This document shows, piece after piece, positions 30,141-41,019 of a DNA stretch of 64,000 nucleotides. How positions within the stretch are numbered: position 1 is the stretch's first letter; the number at the start of each line of letters is the position of its first letter. A program made the translations under genes and the position numbers. The stretch covers positions 50,082-114,081 of the forward strand of contig CAWFAK010000006.1 in NCBI GenBank assembly GCA_963813715.1, in the 5' to 3' direction. This stretch comes from an uncultured Planctomycetaceae bacterium. Lineage in GTDB: Bacteria; Planctomycetota; Planctomycetia; Planctomycetales; Planctomycetaceae. The notes under the pieces were generated by a model. The model made no database searches, was not told the DNA's origin, and was given only the letters and a program-made list of their open reading frames with translations.

Positions 30141-31554
30141 CTACTTGTTGCCGGGTTTCGAGAGCTTTTTCTTTGGATTGACTCCCTCCATCCACCCTCC
30201 GTCGCCCGTGTCCTTGAATTCGATGTAGTCGGGCCGCGGCTGGAACGCCGTGATGCTAGCCAGCTTTCCCTCGCGGAAGAGAAACGACCATCCCTTGTGA
30301 AAATAATGCAGCTGGTCTTCCCTCAGGTGAGTCTTGATGTCCGGCTTGCCGTAGACCCGCACCACGTCATCGATTGAAGCGCCAAGTCCAATCTGCCGAT
30401 CGGTCTTGCCGAGAAAATCGCGTGCAGAATCGAAATGCAAGAGGCGCCCATAGCAGCAGAAACGGGTCATGCCTTCCCGGCTCGAGACGTCGATGTCGAA
30501 GCCGAGGGACGGGTAATTGAGACGCTCTTGCACAATTTCCTTTTGCCCTTTGAGAGCGGGGCCGCCCGGATACTGGAAGCGTTCAAATCCACGGTAGGTC
30601 TCCTCGATCAGGTCGGGTGTTCCCAAGAGGGTGATGATTCGATCCTTAGAGGCTCCCATCGGTACAGGACCGAGCCCTCTTTCCGGGGAGGCGACCCAGG
30701 ACTGCGTGTCGATCGGTTTGCGGTCTTTGGGCTCTTCGCACCGCGAGACCGCATATCCCGCCGGGGCCCTGATTTCGAATAGCGACTCGTCCACGGGGGC
30801 GTCGAAGACAAAATCCGTGGTCACCTCGCGATAACGTTGTCCTCCCGATCCCTTCTCGATATTGAGTTCCATTCGCAACGGCAGGTGCGTCCTCGGATCG
30901 ACGAACACCACGAACTGTCCCAGCGATTCGAAGGCAAATTTCAGCACCATCTTGCCTTCGAATTCCGTCGCGCCGGCGCCTTGCGCCGCTCGCAGGAAGG
31001 TCACGGATTTGTTGGAAGAGGCCGGCGTCGGCGCTTTTCCGGCCATCATCCAGGTAGAGTTGCTGGATTCCGGCCTTGTGCGATTTGTGGTCGATCCACA
31101 TCGATCTGCGTGCCTTCAAGTTTGTGATCGACACCCAGCCGTTCGGCCCTTCACTCCGCGATCCCACGCCGAGGACCGAAACTCCCGCCGAGACAGTCGG
31201 CACCTGGTCGCCCAGAATTGAGAGAGTGCGGCAGCTCATCGACTTGACACTCGAAACGGCTTGTTGGACCTGGGCAAAGGCCACGCCCGCCCCGCCGCCG
31301 GGGCCATGCGCGGATAGGACGACAATCAGCAGCGCAATAGCCGCGATCGCTGCCCCAACTGCCATCCATCGCGCCCATATCCGCGGCTCCATCCCGGCGG
31401 GCCGCGGCGAAAATGTGCGGTCGGGGTTCCTGCCGCTCGCTTCCTGCGCGACGGACAAACCGGGGTCGCTGAAATCGGGGATTGGTTCCTCGCGCAGGGC
31501 TGTCGCAATTCGGTCGAGCAGCCCGTCCGAATCGGAAAAGTTGATTTCCGACAT
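30141..31554 (-). CDS. Putative anti-sigma factor: TM, LolA-like domain, C-terminal repeat domain (frameshifts near 31000)
   Basis: Directly downstream of the ECF sigma gene. DGLLDRIATALREEPIP, TM, AFAQVQQAV, VDPRTHLPLRME, FDAPVDESLFEIRAPAGY. Confidence 0.65.
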
Positions 31555-31590
31555 GATTCCTCCGATCTCGCCCAAAATCAGCGTCGAGCG

Positions 31591-32106
31591 TTACTCTTCG
31601 ACGCGGCTCGGATTGAGGTCGGTCAGCAGCTTGCGCAGTCGGGCGCGGGCCCGGTGCACAAGAATGCCAACGGCATTGGTATCAGTCCCAAATTGCTCGG
31701 CGACTTCCGCGTAAGTCAATTGTTCGACGCAGTGCAGCCAGAACGCTTCGCCCTGCCGATCAGGAAGCCGCGCGGTCGCCCGCCGCACCTGCTCCACGAG
31801 TTCGCGGAACTCGATCTCCGTGGACGGCTCGGCAACGCTCCCTGGCAAGAGCGACGGATCTTCGTCGGCGTCGACGCGACTCGTCCTACGGCGCTCGCTC
31901 CGCAGCCGATCGAGCGCTCTACGCACCGCCAGCCAGCGCAAGAACGCTGGCCAATTATCGACTCGATGCGCGCCGCATTGTTCGAAGGCCTCGAGGAAAA
32001 CTTCCTGGTAACAATCGAGAGCCTGGTCGTGGTGTTTCAGGATGCGGAACACGGCGCGAAAAACGATGGCGCCGTGCAGCCGCCGAATCTGCTGCCAGTC
32101 GTGCAT
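31591..32106 (-). CDS. ECF RNA polymerase sigma factor
   Basis: ALDCYQEVFL (region 2) and LPDRQGEAFWL...LTYAEVAE...VHRARARLRKLL (region 4). Confidence 0.9.
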   Translation of the reverse strand: MHDWQQIRRLHGAIVFRAVFRILKHHDQALDCYQEVFLEAFEQCGAHRVDNWPAFLRWLAVRRALDRLRSERRRTSRVDADEDPSLLPGSVAEPSTEIEFRELVEQVRRATARLPDRQGEAFWLHCVEQLTYAEVAEQFGTDTNAVGILVHRARARLRKLLTDLNPSRVEE

Positions 32107-32341
32107 CCGCAACGCCCCCACTCGGCAAAATACGGTCACATCGGATCTGACGATACGAGCCGCCCCGTTATTTCGCGCGTTTTCGGTTGGGTCCGTCAGA
32201 ATTTCCAAGAACAAGCCACCGAACGCCGGATTTCGGTCGCGCCACGACCTCTCCCCGTCGAGCCTGCCGGGGTTTGGCATCGGCCTTGCTCTCACTCGGC
32301 CGGGGTCGGATTGCCACGGCGGGACCAGCGGCGCGGATGCG

Positions 32342-33837
32342 ATGACGGACTCTACGACACTCGAAACCGACATTCCGGCACGGCTCGACCGGCTGCCGTG
32401 GAGTGCGTTTCATTGGTTATTGGTCGTCGCGCTTGGCGTTACCTGGGTGCTCGACGGCCTGGAAGTCACCGTAGTGTCGGCCGTCGGCAACGCGCTCCTC
32501 AAATCGACGACGCTGGCCCTCACGGCCGCCCAAGTTGGCACGGCGCAGACCGGTTACCTGTTCGGCGCCATCGGCGGAGCCCTGTTCTTTGGCCACATGA
32601 CGGATCGGCTCGGCCGCAAAAAGCTGTTCACCGTCACGCTGCTGATTTATCTGGCCGGCGCGATGCTCACGGCGTTCTCCTGGAATTTTTACAGCTTCGC
32701 GCTGTTCCGCCTGATCACGGGGATGGCAATCGGCGGGGAATACGCGGCGATCAACTCGGCCATCGACGAGCTGATTCCCGCCCGGCTGCGCGGCCGCGTC
32801 GACCTGGCAATCAATGGGACCTTCTGGCTGGGCGCGATGGGCGGAGCCGCCGTTTCGGTGCCGTTGCTCGACGCGCGGCTGTTTCCAGAATGGCTGGGCT
32901 GGCGGTTGGCGTTCGGGCTGGGGGCGCTGGTCGGCCTCGCGATGATTGTCGCCCGGCGATTTGTGCCCGAAAGTCCCCGCTGGTTGATGACCCATGGCCG
33001 CCTTGATGAAGCCGAAAAGATCATGGCGTCGATCGAGCAACGCACCACAGGACACGCGCTGCCGCCGGGTAAGCAGTCGGCGGGCAAACAGGCGGCCGAA
33101 ATTCAACGGGTTCGCATCCGTACTGGCACGCACGTCGGCTTTGGCACGATCGCCCACACGATGCTCGTTCGCTATCGGACGCGGGCCCTGCTCGGGCTGG
33201 TTCTGATCGCCTCGCAAGCCTTCTTCTACAATGGCATCTCGTTCAGCTTTCCGCTGGTGCTGGGTCAGTTCTACGGCGTGCCCAACGACCGCATCGGTCT
33301 GTATGTCTTTGCGATGGCCGCGGCCAATTTTCTCGGTCCGCTGCTGCTGGGACCGCTGTTCGACACCGTGGGTCGCCGCCGGATGATCGGCGGCACGTAT
33401 GCCCTGTCCGGCGTGCTGATCATCGCGACCCTGCCCCTTTTCCTGCACCACGGGCTGACGGCCCAATCGCAGACCCTGGTTTGGGCGGCGACTTTCTTCT
33501 TCGCCTCGGCCGCGGCCAGCGCCGGCTACCTGACCGTAAGCGAAGTCTTCCCGCTCGAGATGCGAGCGCTGGCGATCGCCCTCTTTTACGCAATGGGGAC
33601 CGCGATCGGCGGCCTGGGCGCGCGGCGCTCTTCGGCAAGCTGCTCGAATCAGGCACTCGCTCCCTGGGCTACGGTTACCTGTTCGGCGCCGCGCTCATGT
33701 TGTTGGCGGCCGGCATCGAATGGACTCTCGGAATCGATGCGGAGAAAAAGTCGCTCGAAGACATCACGCCGCCTCTCTCGAGCGAATCGCGAGCGCAGCC
33801 TGCGTCTCAGTCTGTAAGCGAGCCAGCTGCGCGTTGA
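32342..33837 (+). CDS. MFS transporter (sugar-porter/aromatic acid-like; frameshift near 33620)
   Basis: DIPARLDRLPWS, TDRLGRKKLF, GGEYAAINSAIDE, PESPRWL, SEVFPLEMR. Confidence 0.9.
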
Positions 33838-33840
33838 CTT

Positions 33841-36043
33841 TCACCGAGTCGCGCTGGCCTGCTGCGCCGCGGCTTCTTCGCCCGGATGATAGTTCTGCTT
33901 CGAATGAGCCAGCACGTCGTCCCAGTAGAAATACGCTTCTTTCAGCCGGCACTCCGACAGCAGCTTCGCCTGATCGAAGAAGTGGGGCGAATCGGGGTTG
34001 CCGCTCTCGCCGTATTGCAGCAGGCTCCGCGTTTTGATCCGGTCGCCGAACTCGATTGAGGCCATGTAGGAGCAGCCGACGACGGCGTACCGCTTCACCA
34101 TCGGCCGGACAACGGGCAGCGGGGGCGTGTAATAAATGGTGAAGACGGATCCGACCGGCCCCTGCACCCCGGCGACCGGCAAGCTGGGCAGGCGGTCGTT
34201 GAAAGGGATTTTCTCGAAGAAGTCGGCGATGTTAGCGTGCCGCTGCAGGCGATTCACGTCGCCGTAGGGCACCTTCCAGCTGCCGTAGAGGCTCGTCAGT
34301 TTGGCGGCCGCGTCGCGCAGCGCACGGAACTCGGCCGAAATATCCGAGATCATCGCCGGCCGCAGCGTCTCGAGCGTGCTGCTGAGCAGGAGGCCGTAAA
34401 GCTGCTCGTACCAAAAGACGCATAACGTGGCCTGCGTCGAGTGAATGCTCGAACGGCAGTCCCAGTCGAGCAGATGCTTGATGTACGGCTCGACTTCCTT
34501 CGCCAGCGCCGGATCGATCTCTTTCAGCTTGCGGAACTTTCGCTCGAACTGCGGCAGTTCCTCCAGCGGCCAGTACATCGTGGTATCGAAGGCCAGAGCC
34601 TGCCAATCGTCGAAGGTGACGCCGTGCGCCTGGCGCAGCAAATGGCGCGAGACCTTGGCCCGTCGATTATCCCAGGTCGTCTCGCCGACGATGTAGCGCT
34701 GCAGGTCGCCCGGTTCCGGGTTTTGGTCGTCGGTCGTCGTATACGGCGACTGGTTGCAGTTCTGCACGTAGCCCGAGATCGGATTGAGCACCTGCGGCAG
34801 CTCGTCGAGCGTCAGGATGCCCTTCCAGTCGGATTCAGGCCGGCGGCCATCGACCGCCTTCGACCAGTCGAGGCTCGGATCGCGCCGCGGGACGATGCCG
34901 TTATAGAGATAAAGGATGTTCCCCTCGCAGTCCGCGTACACGAGATTGAACATCCGCTGGTCGAGCGTGGCGATGGCCTCGCGAAACTCCGAAAAGTTCC
35001 GCGAGCGGACCATGCGATAGATTTGCCGGCCGAAGAGCGCGTCGTTCATCCGGCCGACGTTGCTCGCCAACTGCTGTGTCCCGTTGAGCCGTCGGACGAC
35101 AGGACCGTGATGCGTCTTACGGAAGGTGAGCGTGCGCGTTTCGACGCCGTGCGCGTTTTTGACGCGAACCGTGTCGGTCCATTCGACGGCCGTGCGGTAG
35201 CCGTCACCGTAGCGGTAATTGAGCGGGTGCTGCGGATCGTCGAAGGTCTCCACCCATTCGTCGCCGCAATTGATGTCGTTGACGGTGTAGGTCCAGCCCA
35301 AGTGCTCGTTGTGCCCGATGGCCAGCATGGGGCTGCCGAAGAACGTCGAGCCGGTGAAGCTCCAGCCTTCGCCGCTGTGCAAATGAGCTTCGTAATACTG
35401 GCCGAAGCCGTAGTACGGCTGGTGCGAGTTGCAAAAGAGCATGGTCTTGTGCGAGCGGGTCTTCGACGGGCCGATGGCCCAGGCGTTGCTCCCCACGGCC
35501 CCGGGCGGCACGAAGGCCTGGGCGTGCAGCATTTCGTCCGGCACGCTCTTCGAGTGGGCCGCCATGCGGTAGAGGACATAGCGATCGAGGGCAATCGGGT
35601 ACCACGGCTCGAAGCGTTCGAGCAGCCGCAGCTTCTGTCGCGGGTGGCGTTCAACGTAATAGTTGAGTCCGCCGACGAACGCGCGGTTGCAGCGCCTGCA
35701 GCTTCGGATCGAGCTTGGCGAAATCTTCCCGGGCCCGCTGGGGAATCTCGAAGCGGTGCGTCGTCTCGTCCAGCGAGAAGACCGAGGGGCCGTAGAGCTC
35801 GGCATAACGGCCGAGCGCAAGCACGAACGAATCCTCGACCTGCCAGAGAAAATCCTCCGCCTGCGCATAGCCGAAGCCGAAGACCACGCTCTCATCGGTC
35901 GGGCCGTCGATGTGGGGGACGCCCCACTCGTCGCGATGAATGGTCACCTGGCCGGCCAGCGGCGGCGGGCTCTGGGCAGCGGACGACGGCTGAAGCGGAA
36001 ACGCGGACGCCAGGACCAACAGGGCAAAGCCAATTCGCCGCAT
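33841..36043 (-). CDS. Penicillin acylase family Ntn-hydrolase (peptidase S45; frameshift near 35690)
   Basis: Signal, [13 protein letters not shown]...[10 protein letters not shown], beta-subunit start [29 protein letters not shown]. Confidence 0.92.
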
Positions 36044-36325
36044 CAGCAGACTCCGAAGATGACCGGAAATTTATTTCTCGGGGAACCGTTCTACCGGCAC
36101 CGCGCCCCGCTCTCCAGCCGCCCAGGCACGCGCGAGCGGACCCAGTGACGGCCGAATAGGCTGCGGCCGGGCAATTGAAGATAACGCACGGGCCGCGCGA
36201 GTTCAGTAGCGGAACGCGGCGAGACCGGGAGGGGGCCGAATCTCGCCTGCATTCCGCCGCGGCGAGCCCGGGCCCGAACAGACTTCGTCCAGTCGCCGGG
36301 TAGGGTCTTGTCTGGCTGGGTGGGA

Positions 36326-36347
36326 TTATGCTAAATTTTTAGCATAA
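36326..36347. promoter_or_regulatory. Perfect AT-rich palindrome, candidate operator
   Basis: TTATGCTAAA-TT-TTTAGCATAA in the divergent acylase/tetR spacer. Confidence 0.6.
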
Positions 36348-36507
36348 GTTCCGCATGTCCGTTCTGTTGTTGAAACGGCGGCGACGCGTAATGATGGAGG
36401 GGGAAATCGACGGCCAACTCGCCACCAGGGAGACCGGCAGAAGAGGAAGCAGCTGCTCCCCAAGCCGTTCCCCGCAGTTTCGCCCGGGAAAGCCCACCAG
36501 TTTTGAC

Positions 36508-36541
36508 TTGTCCCGTTAACTAAACACTGTTAAGTTTAAGT
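36508..36541 (+). promoter_or_regulatory. Sigma70-like promoter with overlapping imperfect palindrome; likely leaderless tetR mRNA
   Basis: TTGTCC-17 nt-TAAGTT with extended TG; ATG begins 6 nt after the -10 box; AACTAAAC-ACT-GTTAAGTT at 36518-36536. Confidence 0.5.
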
Positions 36542-37153
36542 ATGGCCAGACCCACGCTGACCGAAACGGAAGTTGAGAATTGTCGCGAGCGCGTCTGCGA
36601 CGCCGCCCGCGGCTTGTTCTCCAAGCACGGCATCGACCATGTCGGCTTGCGGATGATTGGCTCGGAGGTCGGTCTAACCGGGGCCGCCCTCTATCGGTAC
36701 TTCCCGGAGGGACGGGACGAGATTGTTGCGGCCGTCCGCACGCGGGCCTTCCGCGAGTTGGGCGACCTGTCGGAGCAAGCCGTCCGTTCACCGGGGACTC
36801 CGCTGGATCGGTTCCAGGCCGTGGCCAAGGCCTACGTGGCGTTCGCGGCAAGCGACACCGCGTCGTACCGGATGTTGTTCAGCTTGATGCAAACGGGAGA
36901 TTTTCCGGAGCTGCGAAAAGAGGCCCGGCGGGCTCGCGACATCCTGTTTCGGGCCGCCCAGGCCGCGGCTCACAGTGAGGAATCGGTCGAAGAGGGACGT
37001 GTGCTGGCACACGTGGCATGGGCGGCGATCCACGGGGCCGTCATGCTGGAAACGTCGGACATGCTGCAAATGGGCGTTGATATCACACAACTGGTGGACG
37101 GCATCTCGCGGGCTCTCTCACATCTGAGCGGGGAGTCGCGACCCGTCGCCTAG
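36542..37153 (+). CDS. TetR/AcrR family regulator (WHG-like C-terminus)
   Basis: VCDAARGLFSKHG...LRMIGSEVGLTGAALYRYF; WAAIHGAVML. Confidence 0.92.
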   Translation: MARPTLTETEVENCRERVCDAARGLFSKHGIDHVGLRMIGSEVGLTGAALYRYFPEGRDEIVAAVRTRAFRELGDLSEQAVRSPGTPLDRFQAVAKAYVAFAASDTASYRMLFSLMQTGDFPELRKEARRARDILFRAAQAAAHSEESVEEGRVLAHVAWAAIHGAVMLETSDMLQMGVDITQLVDGISRALSHLSGESRPVA

Positions 37154-37301
37154 GGCGAAGCGGCGTCGTACGACTGGGCAACGGCAATCGCCGGTTCCGC
37201 GTCGGCGCTCCGAATCGAACAGGATGAATCGCGCTGCCAGGATCAATTGCGCGGCGCAGTTGCGCCGGCGCGAGGCAAGCGCCGAAACAAGGCTGTCGAA
37301 G

Positions 37302-37787
37302 ATGGCAACGATCTCGCAATCTGAGGTGCTCGACGCACTCAACGAGATTGAAGATCCGGAGATGCCGGTCATTTCGATCGTCGAGCTGGGGATCGTGCGG
37401 GACGTCACAATCGACGGCCCCCGCGCCGAAGTCACGCTGGCCCCCACCTTCTCCGGTTGCCCGGCCCTGTCCTCGATCACCGAGAGCGTCCGCAACAAGG
37501 TGTTGGGCATCGGCTTCGTCGAGGTCAACATCAAGCTCGCGCTCGATCCCCCTTGGACGACCGATAGCATCTCGGCCACCGGACGCGACAAATTAAAACG
37601 ACTGGGCATCGCCCCGCCCGACAAGCACGGCGGCGACGTCCTCACCGCCTTGGAGCTGCCCGTCCCCTGCCCTTACTGCGGCTCCCGCAATACGACGCGG
37701 CGAAACAACTTCGGCCCGACCGCCTGCCGCGCGATTTATTTCTGCAACCAATGCGTTCAGCCCTTCGAAAGGATGAAGCCACTCTGA
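37302..37787 (+). CDS. paaD: Phenylacetyl-CoA epoxidase subunit PaaD
   Basis: EDPEMPVISIVELGIVR, PTFSGCPA, PPWTTD, CPYCGS, FGPTACRA...C..C.QPFE. Confidence 0.92.
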   Translation: MATISQSEVLDALNEIEDPEMPVISIVELGIVRDVTIDGPRAEVTLAPTFSGCPALSSITESVRNKVLGIGFVEVNIKLALDPPWTTDSISATGRDKLKRLGIAPPDKHGGDVLTALELPVPCPYCGSRNTTRRNNFGPTACRAIYFCNQCVQPFERMKPL

Positions 37788-37849
37788 GAAACCGTTGGCA
37801 GTAGCCTCTCGTTGATCGACCACTCAAAGCGCTTACGAAGTCTCGAACA

Positions 37850-38642
37850 ATGAGCTATCAAAACATCCTCTGCGAGCAGAACGACTCCGTTCTGAAAATC
37901 ACACTGAACCGTCCCGAGAAGCTCAACGCGCTCACCGATGTGATGCTGCAAGAGTTGCGGGACGCGTTCGCCAAGGCGGCCGGCGACCGGGCGACACGGG
38001 CGGTCCTTTTGACCGGTGCCGGCAAAGGCTTTTGCCCCGGGCAGGATCTCGCCAACATCCAGGAGCTAAGCCACGGCGGCCAACCCGACTACGGCGACCA
38101 TGTCCGCAACAACTACAATCCGCTGATCCTGGCGATGGTCCGGCTCCCCAAGCCGATCGTGTGCGCGGTCAACGGCGTGGCGGCCGGCGCGGGGATGAGC
38201 CTGGCGATGGCCTGCGACGTGCGGATCGCCTCGGAAAAGGCCTCGTTCTTGCAAGCATTCATTAATATCGGGCTGGTGCCGGACAGTGGTTCGACGTGGT
38301 TTCTGCCGCGGCTCGTCGGCCGGCAGCGGGCCCTCGACCTGATGCTCTCGGGTCGCAAGCTGTCGGCTGCGGAAGCACTCGATTGGGGACTCGTGAATCA
38401 GGTCGTCGCGCCGGAACAGTTGCTGGACGAGGCGACCAAGACCGCCGCCCGCTACGCCGCCGCCCCGACCTTCGCGATCGGGCAGCTCAAGCGCAATCTC
38501 GACTTCGCGGAGACGCACTCGCTCGAGGACTTGCTCGCACTTGGAGGCGAAGTCGCAAGCTGAGTGCGGCTTGACGGCCGATCATCAGGAAGGGATCCGG
38601 GCCTTCCTCGAGAAGCGCACACCGGCCTACCAGGGAGAATAG
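37850..38642 (+). CDS. paaG: Epoxyphenylacetyl-CoA isomerase, crotonase family (frameshifts near the 3' end)
   Basis: [38 protein letters not shown]-terminus [17 protein letters not shown] in a shifted frame. Confidence 0.85.
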
Positions 38643-38644
38643 CC

Positions 38645-39601
38645 GTGGACGAACAAGCGCGGGCCGCCGCGTTCGAGGAACGAATCGCCCGAGGCGAGAA
38701 GATCGAGCCGGGCGACTGGATGCCTCCGAATACCGCCGGCAACTGTTGCGGATGATGTCGCAGCACGCCCACAGCGAGATCGTCGGCATGCTGCCGGAAG
38801 GCGAATGGATCACCCGGGCGCCGTCGCTCAAGCGGAAGCTCGTCCTGTTGGCCAAGGTGCAGGACGAAGGCGGGCACGGGCAATATCTCTACGACGCGGC
38901 CGAATCGCTCGGCGCCACCCGCGACGAAATGATCGAGGCCCTGCACACCGGCCGGGCCAAGTACGCCAACGTCTTCAACTACCCGGCGCCGACGTGGGCC
39001 GACGTCGGCATGATCGGCTGGCTCGTCGACGAGGCGGCCATCCTCAACCAGTCGATGCTCGCCAAGTGCTCCTACGGACCTTACGCCCGCGCGATGCTCC
39101 GCATCTGCAGCGAAGAAACCTTCCACAAGAAGCAGGGACAGGAACTGGTGATCCGCCTGGCCCGCGGCACTCCCGCGCAGCGGGCCATGGCGCAAGAGGC
39201 CCTCAATCGCTGGTGGTGGCCCACCTTGATGCAGTTCGGCTATCCCGATGCCGAATCGCCCCACACCGACACGCTCCGCCGTTGGGGCGTCAAAACCAAG
39301 AACGAACGACGAACTGCGCGAGACGTTCATTGCCGGCATCGTCCCCGAGCTGCGACTCTTGGGCCTCGAGCCTCCCGATCCCGAGCTGCGATGCGACAAG
39401 GCGACTGGCCGCTGGCATCACGGCCCTATCGATTTCGACGAGCTCAAGCGGGTCGTCAACGGCGATGGGCCGTGCAATAAGCGCCGTCTCGGCGAACGAA
39501 TCAAAGCGCACGAAGACGGGGCCTGGGTTCGCGAAGCGCTCTTGGCTTACAACGCCAGGCACGAATCGCCCCGGCGCGAGTTTAGCGGAGCGCCCGCATG
39601 A
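38645..39601 (+). CDS. paaA: Phenylacetyl-CoA epoxidase subunit A (two frameshifts)
   Basis: [64 protein letters not shown]. Confidence 0.93.
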
Positions 39602-40183
39602 GCGACTCGCAGGGACCCGTCTGGCAGGTCTTCGAGCGGCCGGCTCACGGACATCCCGTGCGCGCCGCCGGCTCGGTCCACGCCGTCGATGCCGAGACGG
39701 CCCTGCAAAACGCCTGGGCCGTTTACGGCCGCCGTCCGACCGCCGTCGCCCTGTGGGTCGTCCCGCGCTCGCCTCGTATTGATCGAAGAGACACAGGATC
39801 CGGCCGTCGACGAGACCCTCTCCCATTCCGATGGGAGAGGGCAGGGTGAGGGCTCTTCGTCACTTTCCCCCAACGGCTCGCAGCAAAACTATCTGCGTCT
39901 TCCGCCGCTCGCGGCACGAAGATCACCTACGAAGAGGAGTATCAGTCGTCGCCGCGAGCGCCGAACAGGCGCTGGCCCGCGCGATTGGCCGCAGCTCAAC
40001 GGCGAAGACTGTCACGCGATCTGGGTCTTTCCGGCTGCGGCCATCATCTCGAGCGAGTCGCCCACGGCCGAGTGCTCGTTCTCGCCCCAGCCGTACAAGT
40101 GGTTTCGCGATCACAAATCGTTTCCCACGGGCGCGCTGATGCGGGAAATCGAGAAAGAAGCGAGCAAATCCGAACATGCTTGA
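39598..40183 (+). CDS. paaB: Phenylacetyl-CoA epoxidase subunit B, long two-domain form (frameshifts)
   Basis: WQVF...GSVHAVDAETALQNAWAVYGRR...LWVVP, then a second PaaB-like unit (SVVAASAEQALARA...IWVFPAAAI). Confidence 0.75.
39816..39852. repeat. REP-like palindrome inside paaB
   Basis: CCCTCTCCCAT-TCCG-ATGGGAGAGGG followed by CAGGGTGAGGG. Confidence 0.7.
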
Positions 40184-40948
40184 TCCCCGGCAACGCGCGG
40201 CCCTCGACTCCAAGCTACTCCGCCTGGCGGATGACGAGTTCATTCTCGGCCACCGCAATTCGGAGTGGACGGGGCACGGGCCGATCCTCGAAGAAGACAT
40301 CGCCTTCGCGAATCTGGCCCTCGACGAACTCGGCCACGGAATCCTCTGGTATCGCATCGTGGCCGGCCTCCGCGGCGAAGATGCCGAGACCTATCCCGAC
40401 AAGCTCGTGTACGAGCGGACGGCCGGGGAATTCCAGAACGTCGACGTCGTCGCGCTGCCGCACACCGACTGGGCGTTCAGCATGCTGCGGCAGTTTTTGT
40501 TCGACGCCTACGAGTCGATCCATGTCCCCGCGCTCCTGACCAGCAACTACCGCCCGATCGCCGAGGCCGCGACCAAGATCAAGCAGGAAGAGGTCTATCA
40601 CCTCTATCACACGCGGGCCTGGGTGCAGCGGTTGGGCCTGGGCACCGACGAGAGCCGGCGACGGATGCAAACGGCCCTCGATCAGCTCTGGTCCCCTTTC
40701 CAGCAGCTCTTTGCCCCCGGAGCGGACGAATCGCTGCTCGTCGACGCCGGCATCACGCCCGATCTGCGGCCGGTTCACGGCAAATGGAGCGAGACCTGGT
40801 GGTGCCGTTTCTCGAATCGTGCGCGCTCGTCCTGCCTGATGCCGGGATCGTCCCCGTTGTTCGTGGGCCCGCAAATCTCGAACGAATGACCGCGCTCATC
40901 AGCGAACTGCAAGAGGTCTCGAGGATCTCGCCCGGCACCGTTTGGTGA
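40176..40948 (+). CDS. paaC: Phenylacetyl-CoA epoxidase subunit C (frameshift near 40795)
   Basis: LADDEFILGHRNSEWTGHGPILEEDIAFANLALDELGHG, EEVYH, RLGLGTDES. Confidence 0.93.
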
Positions 40949-41019
40949 CGACCGGGCGAATGGACTGACTCGCTCCCAATCGATCGACACGCGCAATCGG
41001 CGAATGAGGAGGCCGCGAC

